A stretch of 64,000 bases of DNA from Dehalococcoidia bacterium (GTDB lineage Bacteria; Chloroflexota; Dehalococcoidia; Plut-88900): assembly GCA_965197585.1 (NCBI GenBank), contig OZ240215.1, positions 1,632,001 through 1,696,000 of the forward strand, in the 5' to 3' direction. A program made the translations under genes and the position numbers. Within the stretch, counting starts at the first letter, position 1. Every line of letters begins with the position of its first letter. Of the stretch, positions 1 through 9,194 are shown one piece after another. Below the pieces are notes generated by a model. That model saw only the letters and a list, made by a program, of their open reading frames with translations, searched no databases and had not been told where the DNA came from.

Positions 1-2
1 TC

Positions 3-314
3 GCCTTCGACTACGGGGGCCGCGCCGAGATCCTTGGCGCCATCCGCCAGATCGTCGAGGACGGCGTCGATCCTTCTACCATCGACGAAGACCTGATATC
101 TGACTATCTCTACACCAGGGACATCCCAGACCCCGACCTCATTATCCGCACCGCCGGCGAAATGCGCCTCAGCAACTTCCTCATCTGGCAGTCCGCCTAC
201 AGCGAGTACTATTTCACCCCCAAAGCGTGGCCCGAGTTCGACCGGGAGGAGATCCGCAAGTCTCTGCTGGCCTTTTCCCAAAGGCAAAGACGGTTCGGTG
301 GCGTCAACTCCTGA
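3..314 (+). CDS. uppS: undecaprenyl/isoprenyl diphosphate synthase, 3' part (runs off window start)
   Basis: Frame from nt 3 reads AFDYGGRAEI...PDPDLIIRTAGEMRLSNFLIWQSAYSEY...RRFGG, the UppS C-terminal signature; TGA at 312-314; canonical uppS-cdsA-dxr-rseP order. Confidence 0.95.
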   Translation, partial: AFDYGGRAEILGAIRQIVEDGVDPSTIDEDLISDYLYTRDIPDPDLIIRTAGEMRLSNFLIWQSAYSEYYFTPKAWPEFDREEIRKSLLAFSQRQRRFGGVNS

Positions 315-343
315 CCTTTCCTTCCCCTCTCCTTTCCCTCAAT

Positions 344-475
344 GAGACCTATGCATAACCCACGTTGGAGGGGCCGGGCCCGCTCGTGCTGAGGCCCTCG
401 AAGTATGAGCGGCGGAAGAGGTAGGAGCGATCTTGGTGGCACAACACCTATTATATGCAGTTACCCGGAATTCCC
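344..475. mobile_element. MITE copy 1 (degenerate right end) inside a family-C hairpin
   Basis: Left end GAGACCTATGCATAAC after TCAAT; internal hairpin A CCGCTCGTGCTGAGGCCCTCGAAGTATGAGCGG; degenerate right end AGTTACCCGGAATTCCC; aligns with 19482-19612. Confidence 0.7.
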
Positions 476-517
476 TCTTTAGGTGAAGGCCAGGACGAGG
501 GTAAGATAGGCCAAGCC

Positions 518-1330
518 ATGAGCACCACCCCTCCCCGCACCTCAAACCTCCTCACCCGCGTCATTACCACAGCCTTCGCCCTGCCCATAATCTTCGCCGT
601 CATCTGGTTCGGCGGCCCACTATTATCGATAGCTGTCGCCGCAATTGCCGTGGTCGGAGTCCTGGAGTTCTACACTCTCCTAGCCATGCGCTGGCGGTCG
701 CCCGCAACCCTCATAGGCGTCTCCCTGACTGCTCTATTCTTGGTAGGCGTTGCATTCTTCGCCCAGGTGGTCCTTCCAGTGCTTGCCGCCGCCACCGTAG
801 TCCTCTGCCTTGGCGTGCTCTACCTGAAGCAGCGCCAGCAGTTGAAGTTCGTCGGCCCCGTGATGTGGGGCGGTCTGGGCGCCTTCCTCATAGCGTGGCC
901 TCTCTGCCACTTCATCCTTCTCAGAGACCTCCCCGAGGGCCGATACTGGGTCTTCTATTCCCTCGCCACGGTATTCGCCGCCGACACCGGCGCATACTTC
1001 GTCGGTAAGGCTGTAGGCTGGCACAAGCTCGCCCCCCGGATCAGCCCCAACAAGACGATGGAGGGTGCAGGAGGCGGCATCGCCGCTGCGGTTGTCCTCG
1101 GCACACTGGCCCACGCCCTTATGGGCCTCCCCGGCGCCCTCGCCCCGATAATCGTCCTCTCCGCCATCGTTGCCTTGGTGTCCATGTTGGGAGACCTCGC
1201 CGAGTCCTACCTCAAGCGACGAGTCGGGGCCAAGGAGTCTAGCAAGCTGCTCCCAGGGCATGGCGGCGTGCTCGACAGGCTCGATAGCGTTGTCTTCACC
1301 GTGCCCCTTGTGTACTATTACGCCGCATGA
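518..1330 (+). CDS. cdsA: phosphatidate cytidylyltransferase
   Basis: Hydrophobic protein with DTGAYFVG, SPNKTMEG, GDLAESYLKR, PGHGGVLDRLDS motifs; start moved from 455 (inside MITE) to ATG 518. Confidence 0.93.
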   Translation: MSTTPPRTSNLLTRVITTAFALPIIFAVIWFGGPLLSIAVAAIAVVGVLEFYTLLAMRWRSPATLIGVSLTALFLVGVAFFAQVVLPVLAAATVVLCLGVLYLKQRQQLKFVGPVMWGGLGAFLIAWPLCHFILLRDLPEGRYWVFYSLATVFAADTGAYFVGKAVGWHKLAPRISPNKTMEGAGGGIAAAVVLGTLAHALMGLPGALAPIIVLSAIVALVSMLGDLAESYLKRRVGAKESSKLLPGHGGVLDRLDSVVFTVPLVYYYAA

Positions 1331-2454
1331 ATGACGGGCGTAAAGGTCTCGCAGTCGTGGGGTCCACCGGCTCCATTGGCACCCAAACCCTAGATGTGGT
1401 TCGAGCTTTCCCGGACCGCTTCAAGGTCGTCGGCCTCACCGCGGGCCGAAACACCGACCTGTTCAACCAGCAGGTCAAGGAGTTCTCCCCGCCCCTCGTC
1501 TGCTGCCAGGACCCCTCCCCCGAGACCCGCGCCCTCATGGGCCAAACCTCCCAATGGGCCTCCCCAGAGGAAATCTCCTCCCACCCCGATGTCGATATCG
1601 TTGTAATGGCCACCTTCGGCCGCGTGGGTTTGGAGCCGACCCTCGCAGCCCTTCGCGCTGGCAAACGCGTCGTCCTCTCCAACAAGGAGGTCATAGTCTC
1701 CTCAGGCGAGCTTGTGGTCAAGGAAGCCAAGGCCTCGGGCGCCGAGATAATCCCCGTCGACAGCGAACCCAGTGCCATTTGGCAATGTCTCCAGGGTGAG
1801 GGTGAGGTCTCTCGTCTCGTCCTCACGGCCTCCGGCGGTCCCTTCCGACAGCGTCCTATTGATGAACTCCAGGACGTAACCCCCGAGGAAGCCCTCCGAC
1901 ACCCCACCTGGCGCATGGGCAACAAGATCACCATCGACTCCTCAACCTTGATGAACAAGGGCTTCGAGGTCATCGAGTCCCACTGGCTCTTCGACATGCC
2001 CTACGAGAAAATCGAGGTCGTCGTACACCCACAGAGCACCGTCCACTCCTTCGTCGAATACGCAGACGGCTCGGTCAAGGCCCAAATCGGCCCCACCGAC
2101 ATGCGGCTCCCTATCCAGTACGCCCTCTCCCATCCCGAACGCTGGCACAACGCCCACACTCCCCGCATGGGGAACTTGGCCACCATGGAACTCACCTTCC
2201 AGGAGCTGGACACCGAGCGATACCCCTGCTTCACCCTGGCCGTCGAGGCTGGAAAGAAAGGCGGCACCTACCCCGCCGTCCTCAGCGCCGCTGATGAAGT
2301 TGCCGTCCAACTATTCTTAAACCGACGCATCGGTTTCAACGACATCTTTCATGTCGTCGAAAGAGTCCTTGAGCGTCACGAACCCGTGTTCGAACCCTCC
2401 TACGAAGATATCCTCACCGCCGACCGCTGGGCCCGTGACCTGGCCTCGGGTTAG
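1327..2454 (+). CDS. dxr: 1-deoxy-D-xylulose-5-phosphate reductoisomerase
   Basis: GSTGSIGTQTLDV, NKE, PVDSE, LTASGGPF, HPTWRMGNKITIDSSTLMNKGFEVIE motifs; ATGA overlap with cdsA. Confidence 0.97.
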   Translation: MNDGRKGLAVVGSTGSIGTQTLDVVRAFPDRFKVVGLTAGRNTDLFNQQVKEFSPPLVCCQDPSPETRALMGQTSQWASPEEISSHPDVDIVVMATFGRVGLEPTLAALRAGKRVVLSNKEVIVSSGELVVKEAKASGAEIIPVDSEPSAIWQCLQGEGEVSRLVLTASGGPFRQRPIDELQDVTPEEALRHPTWRMGNKITIDSSTLMNKGFEVIESHWLFDMPYEKIEVVVHPQSTVHSFVEYADGSVKAQIGPTDMRLPIQYALSHPERWHNAHTPRMGNLATMELTFQELDTERYPCFTLAVEAGKKGGTYPAVLSAADEVAVQLFLNRRIGFNDIFHVVERVLERHEPVFEPSYEDILTADRWARDLASG

Positions 2455-2466
2455 AGCCGTGGCCCT

Positions 2467-3582
2467 ATGACCACCGTCCTCCTCTTCTTCGTAGTCATTA
2501 GCGCCCTGATCGTCATCCACGAATTTGGCCACTTCATCGCTGCGCGGCTTTTCGGAGTCCGGGTTGAAGAGTTCGCCCTCGGCTTCCCACCCCGTATAGC
2601 CTCGATCGTCCGCGGCGAGACCCGATACAGTCTGAACGCCATCCCAATCGGCGGTTACGTCAAGCTCACCGGCGAGGAAAACCCCGAAGACCCAAGAAGC
2701 CTTGCAGGGCGCAGCATCCCCGTCCGAGCTACCATCCTCACCGCCGGCATCTTCATGAACCTCGCCCTCACTCTCGTCCTTTTTGCTGTCTTCTTCACCT
2801 TCCCGCCTGAGGTAGTCGGAACTCAAGTTATTGTCTCCCACGTCGAGTCCAACTCCCCTGCCCAGAGCGCCGGTATGCTTCCCGGAGACGTCTTCCTTCG
2901 AAAAGACATCTCTCTGGATAGCTCAACCCTCATCCTGGAACAACCTGCCGACTCAGACCTTTATGGAGGCCAACAAATCGACTCCCTCCGGGACGTCACC
3001 GAATACACCGAGGCCAACCTTGGTCGGGAGGTCACCTTCCTCCTAGCCCGAGGCAACACGCCCGTGATCGTCCGGCTCACTCCTCGCGCCATCCCACCTC
3101 CGGAACAGGGGCCCATGGGGATAGGCGTGGGAGTCTCAGGTGGAGAGGTTGTCACGCGTTTCAGTCCCAGCTTCAGCGTCATCCCAGAGTCATTCCGTCA
3201 GCTCTACCGTTTTGTCGTCACCCTCGGCTCGTCCATCGGCAACATCTTCACCTCCGCCGAGGGCCGGGAGGGGCTCGCCGGGCCCATAGGCATCGCTCAG
3301 GTCACCGGAGAAGTCGCAAAGACCGGCATCCTCCCCTTCGTCGGCTTCGTCGCCATCCTGAGCCTCAACCTCGCCATCTTCAACCTCCTCCCCATACCCG
3401 CCCTTGACGGCGGACGCTTGCTCTTCGTCATGATCGAATGGGTGCGCGGCGGACGCCGGGTCCCGCCCCAGAAGGAGGCACTGATTCACCTCATGGGCTT
3501 CATCGCCCTAATCAGCCTCATCGTCCTGATCAGCTTCAGCGACATCAACCGCCTAATCCGAGGCGAACAATTCCTCCCCTAA
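2467..3582 (+). CDS. rseP: RIP (M50) zinc metalloprotease with PDZ domain
   Basis: HEFGH, GFPP, PIGGYV, NLLPIPALDGG motifs. Confidence 0.95.
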   Translation: MTTVLLFFVVISALIVIHEFGHFIAARLFGVRVEEFALGFPPRIASIVRGETRYSLNAIPIGGYVKLTGEENPEDPRSLAGRSIPVRATILTAGIFMNLALTLVLFAVFFTFPPEVVGTQVIVSHVESNSPAQSAGMLPGDVFLRKDISLDSSTLILEQPADSDLYGGQQIDSLRDVTEYTEANLGREVTFLLARGNTPVIVRLTPRAIPPPEQGPMGIGVGVSGGEVVTRFSPSFSVIPESFRQLYRFVVTLGSSIGNIFTSAEGREGLAGPIGIAQVTGEVAKTGILPFVGFVAILSLNLAIFNLLPIPALDGGRLLFVMIEWVRGGRRVPPQKEALIHLMGFIALISLIVLISFSDINRLIRGEQFLP

Positions 3583-3600
3583 TCACACACCCTTTAACCT

Positions 3601-3626
3601 GTCAGTCCGAGGCTCCGCGAGGAATC
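3601..3626 (+). repeat. family-B palindromic repeat (GTCATTCC-GAGGCTCCGCGA-GGAATC)
   Basis: GTCAGTCCGAGGCTCCGCGAGGAATC; ~10 related copies in window. Confidence 0.85.
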
Positions 3627-3768
3627 CAAGGCGCAAATCCATCGCTCACGTCCTTCATAACCCCTCACTTCGAACTACAGACGCAGTCCCGCCTTCGGCC
3701 CATCCCCTCCCCCTTCCTGTTGTATAATCAGCCCGTCGGCGGCCCCATAAGCAAACGGAGGTACCCTC

Positions 3769-4998
3769 ATGGTGAGATTCGGTTCCCAGCGTGACTTGCT
3801 CGGCCAGGAAATCGTAGACTTCGACGAGAGAGTTAATATAACTCGCCTCAAGAGGGAGCGCCTCGCCCGGCTCCAGGGCCAAATGGCCAAGGCCGACCTC
3901 GGCGGCATCCTCATATTCGACCCCGTCAATATCCGTTATGCCACCGGCCATCGCCATCCGGGCGTCTTCGGCATGAGGACCTTCGGTCAGTACGCCATCG
4001 TCCCCCAGGAAGGGGAACCCTGGGTCTCCGAGTACGCCGAAGACGGCTCCTGGGCCCTCGAAAAAGGCACCCTATTCGACTTTTTCCCCGCCGGACAATA
4101 CGCGCAGGACGCCGCTCGGCTCTGGGGCGACCGAATAACCTCAAAACTCAAGGATATGGGTATCCTGGGACAGCGCCTCGGCTTCGACAGGCTCGACTTC
4201 AACAGCATGGAATCCCTCCGTAACCACGAAATACCCCTCGCCGACGCCCGCATCCCCTTCGAACTAGCTCGCTCCATCAAGACCGAGGACGAAGTCTCCC
4301 TCATCCGCCAGGCCTGCGCCGTCGCCGACATTGCCATATGCGCCGTCCGGGACGCCATCAAGCCCGGCGTTACGGAGCAGGAGCTCTTCGCCGTTATGAC
4401 CTACACCAACCTCAAGCACGGCGGCGAGCACATGGACGCACGGCTCCTCTCCGCCGGTGGCAACACCAACCCCTGGGGCCAGGGTTCCACCGACCGCATT
4501 GTCCGGCCCGGAGACCTCGTCGGCTACGACACCGACATGGCCGGGCCTATGGGCTATTTCGCCGACTTCTCTCGCACCTACCTCTGCGGCGATGGGCCTC
4601 CCAATGCCGAGCAGATGGAAGCCTACAAGCTCGGCTACAATTTTATCTACGAATCCCTGGAGCACTTCCAGGTCGGGGCCAACTTCCAGGAGATCGCCGA
4701 GAAGTGCCCCGAGTACCCCGAAGAGTACAGGTTCCAGCGCTACCCCATGATCGCCCACGGCGACGGCATGTCCGACGAGTGGCCCTGCATCTACTGGCCC
4801 GACCAGTCTTGGAGCGGTTTCGGCAACGACGACGAAGTCCTGCAGGAGAACATGGTCCTCTCCCTTGAAGGCCTTGCCAGCAAGCGCGGGGCCCGGGAGA
4901 GCGTCAAGCTCGAAGAGGAGATCCTCATAACCAAGAACGGCCCCGAGGTCCTCTCCCACGCTCCCTACGACTCCCGGTTCGTAAGCCATTCCCGCTAG
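3769..4998 (+). CDS. M24B metallopeptidase family protein (creatinase/DddP-like)
   Basis: N-domain FDPVNIRYATG; metal-ligand motifs DTD, FADFSRT, AHG, SLEG, VKLEE; GGAGG SD. Confidence 0.8.
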   Translation: MVRFGSQRDLLGQEIVDFDERVNITRLKRERLARLQGQMAKADLGGILIFDPVNIRYATGHRHPGVFGMRTFGQYAIVPQEGEPWVSEYAEDGSWALEKGTLFDFFPAGQYAQDAARLWGDRITSKLKDMGILGQRLGFDRLDFNSMESLRNHEIPLADARIPFELARSIKTEDEVSLIRQACAVADIAICAVRDAIKPGVTEQELFAVMTYTNLKHGGEHMDARLLSAGGNTNPWGQGSTDRIVRPGDLVGYDTDMAGPMGYFADFSRTYLCGDGPPNAEQMEAYKLGYNFIYESLEHFQVGANFQEIAEKCPEYPEEYRFQRYPMIAHGDGMSDEWPCIYWPDQSWSGFGNDDEVLQENMVLSLEGLASKRGARESVKLEEEILITKNGPEVLSHAPYDSRFVSHSR

Positions 4999-5064
4999 TA
5001 GATACTTCCGCACAACCCAACTCTCTCTTGGGGATGGGGGGGGTCTTATCCCCTCTCCCTTGAT

Positions 5065-5190
5065 GTGACCTCTGCATAACCAGTGTTGGAGGGCCCCAGG
5101 GCCGCTCGTGCTGAGGCTCTCGAAGTATGAGCGGGGGGCGGAGTTTAAGTGATCTGGATGGCACTAAGGACTCCCTGATTGCAAGACAAC
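5065..5190. mobile_element. MITE copy 2 (right end lost/degenerate) inside a family-C left arm
   Basis: CCCCTCTCCCTTGAT followed by GTGACCTCTGCATAAC and hairpin A; right boundary approximate. Confidence 0.65.
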
Positions 5191-5194
5191 GCAC

Positions 5195-5944
5195 ATGAGG
5201 CTTGAAGGAAAAGTAGCCCTCATATCCGGCGGAGCCCGAGGCATCGGCGGCGCCGTCGCCCGACGCTTCGTCTCCGAAGGGGCATCCGTAGTCATCGGGG
5301 ACGTCCTTCTTGAGGAGGGCCAACTCCTCGCCGACGAAATCCGACACTCCGGCGGCGAGATTACCTTCACCCCTCTAGACGTCACCTCCGAATCCTCTTG
5401 GGCCGACGCCGTCGTCCTCGCCATCGACCGCTACGGCAAGCTCGACATCCTCGTCAACAACGCCGGCATCACCAAACGGGACCGCATAGAGGACGAGACG
5501 CCCGATAATTGGGACCGTATCATGGAGATAAACTCCAAGGGCGTGTTCCTCGGCACCAAGGCCGTCCTTGACGAGATGAAGCGCCACGGCAACGGCTCAA
5601 TCGTCAATCTATCCTCGTCCTACGGCCTGGTCGCTAGCCCCAATTCCGCCATTTACGGTGCATCCAAAGCAGCCGTAAAACTCCTTACGAAGTTCACGGC
5701 CATACAGAACGCCACGCTGGGGATTCGGGCTAACTCCATCCACCCGGGCCCGATCAACGCCCCACTGATTCAGGAGTTTTTCGGCTTTCCCGAAAAATTG
5801 AAGATGCTGGCGTCACTCGTACCCATGGGTAGGATCGGTGAGGCCGAGGAGGTCGCCAACGCAATCCTCTTCCTCGCCTCCGACGAGTCTTCCTTCGTCA
5901 CCGGCTCCGAGCTTGTCATCGATGGCGGCATAACTGCTCAATAG
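5195..5944 (+). CDS. short-chain dehydrogenase/reductase (3alpha,20beta-HSD/cyclopentanol DH-like), paralogue 1
   Basis: [20 protein letters not shown] motifs. Confidence 0.92.
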   Translation: MRLEGKVALISGGARGIGGAVARRFVSEGASVVIGDVLLEEGQLLADEIRHSGGEITFTPLDVTSESSWADAVVLAIDRYGKLDILVNNAGITKRDRIEDETPDNWDRIMEINSKGVFLGTKAVLDEMKRHGNGSIVNLSSSYGLVASPNSAIYGASKAAVKLLTKFTAIQNATLGIRANSIHPGPINAPLIQEFFGFPEKLKMLASLVPMGRIGEAEEVANAILFLASDESSFVTGSELVIDGGITAQ

Positions 5945-6054
5945 CCCGACCTAAAAGAACGCGAAATGTCATACAAAAGCCCAACCAGCCTCGTTTCCGG
6001 AGATGGCGTCTAGATCGGCGTAGGCAGATAGTTCTCACCTGTGGGGTGACCAAC

Positions 6055-6804
6055 ATGAGACTTGAAGGAAAAGTAGCCCTTATATCCGGCGGAGCCCGAG
6101 GCATAGGCGCCGCCGTCGCTCGACGCTTCGCCTCCGAAGGAGCCTCCGTAGTCATCGGTGACGTCCTGCTTGAAGACGGTCAACTCCTCGCCGACGAAAT
6201 ACAGCAGTCCGGCGGCGAGATAGCCTTCACCCCTCTCGACGTCACTTCCGAGTCCGCGTGGAGCGAAGCTGTGGCCCTCGCCATCGCCCGCTACGGCAAG
6301 CTCGACATCCTCGTCAACAACGCCGGCATCATCAAGCGTGACCGCATAGAGGACGAGACTCCCGAGATTTGGGACCGCACCATGGAAGTCAACGCCAAGA
6401 GCGTGTTTCTCGGTACCAAAGCCGTCCTCAACGAGATGAAGCGCCACGGCAACGGTTCCATCGTCAACCTCTCCTCCACTGCCGGCCTGGTCGCAGGCCC
6501 CGCCACCGCGGCTTACGGTGCATCCAAAGCCGCCGTGAAGCTCTTTACCAAGTCCACAGCAATACAGAACGCAAAGCTGGGCGTCCGAGCTAACTCGGTT
6601 CATCCGGGCCCTATCAACGCCCCCATGATGCAGGAGATCATAGACATTCCGGATAAGCACGTGGAGAATAAGGCCCGGGTCCCCATGGGCCGGTTCGGAG
6701 AGCCCGAGGAGGTCGCCAACGCAATCCTCTTCCTGGCCTCCGACGAATCCTCCTTCGTCACCGGCTCAGAGCTGGTTGTCGACGGCGGCATTACCGCCCA
6801 GTAG
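6055..6804 (+). CDS. short-chain dehydrogenase/reductase, paralogue 2
   Basis: Same motifs; N-terminal ~140 aa nearly identical to paralogue 1; start set at ATG matching paralogue 1. Confidence 0.92.
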   Translation: MRLEGKVALISGGARGIGAAVARRFASEGASVVIGDVLLEDGQLLADEIQQSGGEIAFTPLDVTSESAWSEAVALAIARYGKLDILVNNAGIIKRDRIEDETPEIWDRTMEVNAKSVFLGTKAVLNEMKRHGNGSIVNLSSTAGLVAGPATAAYGASKAAVKLFTKSTAIQNAKLGVRANSVHPGPINAPMMQEIIDIPDKHVENKARVPMGRFGEPEEVANAILFLASDESSFVTGSELVVDGGITAQ

Positions 6805-6815
6805 CCTCGACTGGT

Positions 6816-6821
6816 TATACT
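6816..6821 (+). promoter_or_regulatory. -10 box TATACT 6 nt upstream of ispG ATG (probable leaderless promoter)
   Basis: GGT-TATACT-ATCTAC-ATG, no SD. Confidence 0.55.
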
Positions 6822-6827
6822 ATCTAC

Positions 6828-8051
6828 ATGTCTAACCGACGCCCAACCAAGCTAGTATCCGTAGGTGGCGTTCCTATCGGTGGCGGCAACCCAATTGTCG
6901 TCCAGTCGATGACCGACACCGACACCGCTGACGTCGACGCTACCGTCTCTCAAGTCAAGCTCCTGTCGGACGCCGGCAGCGAGCTGGTTCGCGTCACCGT
7001 CAACAATGATGCTGCCGCCGCCGCCGTGCCCCGCATCCGCGAGCGGTTGGATGACATCGGCTGCCATGTCCCCATAATCGGAGACTTCCACTTCATCGGC
7101 CATCGCCTCCTCCGCAACCACCCCGACTGCGCCCGTACGCTGGCCAAATTCAGGATCAACCCCGGCAACGTGGGACGCGGCCCCCGCCACGACGGTAACT
7201 TCAGGACCTTCATCGAAATCGCCCGTGACCTCGATAAGCCCGTCCGGATCGGTGTCAACGCAGGAAGCCTGGACCCCGACCTCCTTGCCAAGAAAATGGA
7301 CGACAACTCCCGCAGGCCCGATCCCGTCTCGGGTGATGCAGTTGAGCGCGAGGCTCTGGTCGAAAGCGCCATATCCAGCGCCGAGGCCGCCGTCGATCTT
7401 GGCCTCCCAGAAGACCACATCATCATCTCCTGCAAAGTCTCCCGCCTCAACCAGATGGTCGAGGCCTACCGGGAAATTTCCCGTCTGTGCGACTTCCCTC
7501 TTCACCTCGGCCTCACCGAGGCTGGAATGGGCACCAAGGGCATGGTCGCCACCACATCCGCCCTCTCTATCCTCCTCTACGAAGGCATCGGGGATACCAT
7601 CCGTTCCAGCCTCACCCCCGAGCCCGGCGGCGACCGCGCCCGAGAAGTGCGCCTCTGCCAGGAGGTCCTCCAGGCCCTGAATCTCCGCTCCTTCCGGCCT
7701 GCCGTTACCGCTTGTCCCGGCTGTGGCCGCACCACCTCCACCCTCTTCAGAGAGCTGGCCCGCGACATTCAGCAGCACCTGGACAACAAGATGCCCGAGT
7801 GGAAGTCCCGCTACGACGGCGCCGAGACCCTCAAGGTCGCCGTCATGGGATGCGTGGTCAATGGCCCGGGAGAGTCCCGCGTCGCCGATATCGGCATATC
7901 ACTCCCCGGAACCGGCGAAACTCCCCGCGCCCCCGTCTTCGTCGACGGAAAACGCCGCAAGTTTCTCGAAGGCCCCACCATCGCCGACGACTTCGTCCAA
8001 ATGGTCGAAGACTACGTCGAAACCCGCTGGGGCGGCTCCCCTCTCAACTAG
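6828..8051 (+). CDS. ispG: HMB-PP synthase
   Basis: [51 protein letters not shown]. Confidence 0.97.
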   Translation: MSNRRPTKLVSVGGVPIGGGNPIVVQSMTDTDTADVDATVSQVKLLSDAGSELVRVTVNNDAAAAAVPRIRERLDDIGCHVPIIGDFHFIGHRLLRNHPDCARTLAKFRINPGNVGRGPRHDGNFRTFIEIARDLDKPVRIGVNAGSLDPDLLAKKMDDNSRRPDPVSGDAVEREALVESAISSAEAAVDLGLPEDHIIISCKVSRLNQMVEAYREISRLCDFPLHLGLTEAGMGTKGMVATTSALSILLYEGIGDTIRSSLTPEPGGDRAREVRLCQEVLQALNLRSFRPAVTACPGCGRTTSTLFRELARDIQQHLDNKMPEWKSRYDGAETLKVAVMGCVVNGPGESRVADIGISLPGTGETPRAPVFVDGKRRKFLEGPTIADDFVQMVEDYVETRWGGSPLN

Positions 8052-8073
8052 CCCCCTCCCACACCCAGCCAAG

Positions 8074-8265
8074 ATGACTGACCGCAACACATATCAAGTC
8101 ATGTGGTCGCAGGAGGATGCTTCCCACATTGGGCTTTGCACCGAATTTCCCTCGCTAAGTTGGATAGCCCCCACGCCCGACCAGGCCTTCTCCGGAATTC
8201 GAAGTCTTGTCAATGACATCCTCGCGGACACGGAGAAACTCGGAGAATCCCCGCGCGCCCGTTAG
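8074..8265 (+). pseudogene. truncated/frameshifted HicB-family antitoxin
   Basis: MTDRNTYQVMWSQEDASHIGLCTEFPSLSWIAPTPDQAFSGIRSLV matches the HicB RNase-H-like N-domain; PLA/DRFYS continuation lies out of frame; no C-terminal RHH, no hicA. Confidence 0.7.
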
Positions 8266-8302
8266 CCAGATCGATTCTATAGCAGCGCGGGTTATATCAC
8301 TT

Positions 8303-8328
8303 GCCATTCCGAGGCTCCGCGAGGAATC
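8303..8328 (+). repeat. family-B palindromic repeat
   Basis: GCCATTCCGAGGCTCCGCGAGGAATC. Confidence 0.9.
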
Positions 8329-8356
8329 TAAAGCACTCCTCACCCCAATCAACCCT

Positions 8357-9055
8357 CTAATGCAGGCCTCGGCCTCTCTCGCTCTCCCCTCCCTCCTCCA
8401 AAATCCCCTTCACCACATCCGGAAAGTCCGACACGACCCCATCCACTCCCAACCCCGATAACGTACTTACTCCCTTCGAGTCCTCCACCCCCCACCCAAA
8501 CACCATCCTCCCTAACGCCTGTACTCTATCCACCAATCCTCGCGTTATGTGAAGCACACGCACCCCGATAACCTCACACCCAAGTGTTGCTAACATCACC
8601 TCAGGGTTCTCAGGCGGAGCATCCACTATCAACCCCAACCGGATTCCTGCCTTAACATCTCGCACCCTCATCAAAAGCTCCGGCTGAAAGGAGCATATCC
8701 CAACTTCTCCATCCATCGCCGAGCCTCTAATGCTCTCAAAGATTCTGCCTAGTGACCGAACCTCCTTGAACTCCAGCACGACCCCAACCCTCCCCCGACA
8801 CAAATCCAGCGCCTCTTCCAAAGTCGGCGCCCGACACCCGTCCCCCACATCCAGCCCCATTACTTCACCCAGTGCCATTTCCCGAATGACCCGACCCTCG
8901 ATAATCGGATCGTGAGCCAACACGAAGCCCCCGTCCCGGGTCTCCTGAACGTCCACCTCAACCGCATCCACCCCGAGATTTATCGCCGCCTCTATCGCCT
9001 CCAGCGTATTCCCCGGCCAATCTCTCGTATACCCACGATGCGCAATGTTCAACAT
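8357..9055 (-). CDS. glycerophosphodiester phosphodiesterase
   Basis: IAHRG, NTLEA, EVDV, HD, PTLEE, GVDGVVSDFP. Confidence 0.92.
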   Translation of the reverse strand: MLNIAHRGYTRDWPGNTLEAIEAAINLGVDAVEVDVQETRDGGFVLAHDPIIEGRVIREMALGEVMGLDVGDGCRAPTLEEALDLCRGRVGVVLEFKEVRSLGRIFESIRGSAMDGEVGICSFQPELLMRVRDVKAGIRLGLIVDAPPENPEVMLATLGCEVIGVRVLHITRGLVDRVQALGRMVFGWGVEDSKGVSTLSGLGVDGVVSDFPDVVKGILEEGGESERGRGLH

Positions 9056-9090
9056 CCCCGTTCAATCTCCCTAAACTCCGATGCCTCTAT

Positions 9091-9128
9091 CCTATCTCCC
9101 GCGCTGGGGAGGGCTAGGCTAAGGGTGA
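9091..9128 (+). repeat. family-C hairpin repeat (degenerate)
   Basis: CCTATCTCCCGCGCTGGGGAGGGCTAGGCTAAGGGTGA vs consensus CCCTCTCCCTTGANGGGAGAGGGCTAGGGTGAGGGTGAA. Confidence 0.65.
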
Positions 9129-9194
9129 TAACTCCATACCTCCCAATGCTACAATCTACACCTATCCCGCAATGCGGCAAATCAGGAGCCATTC

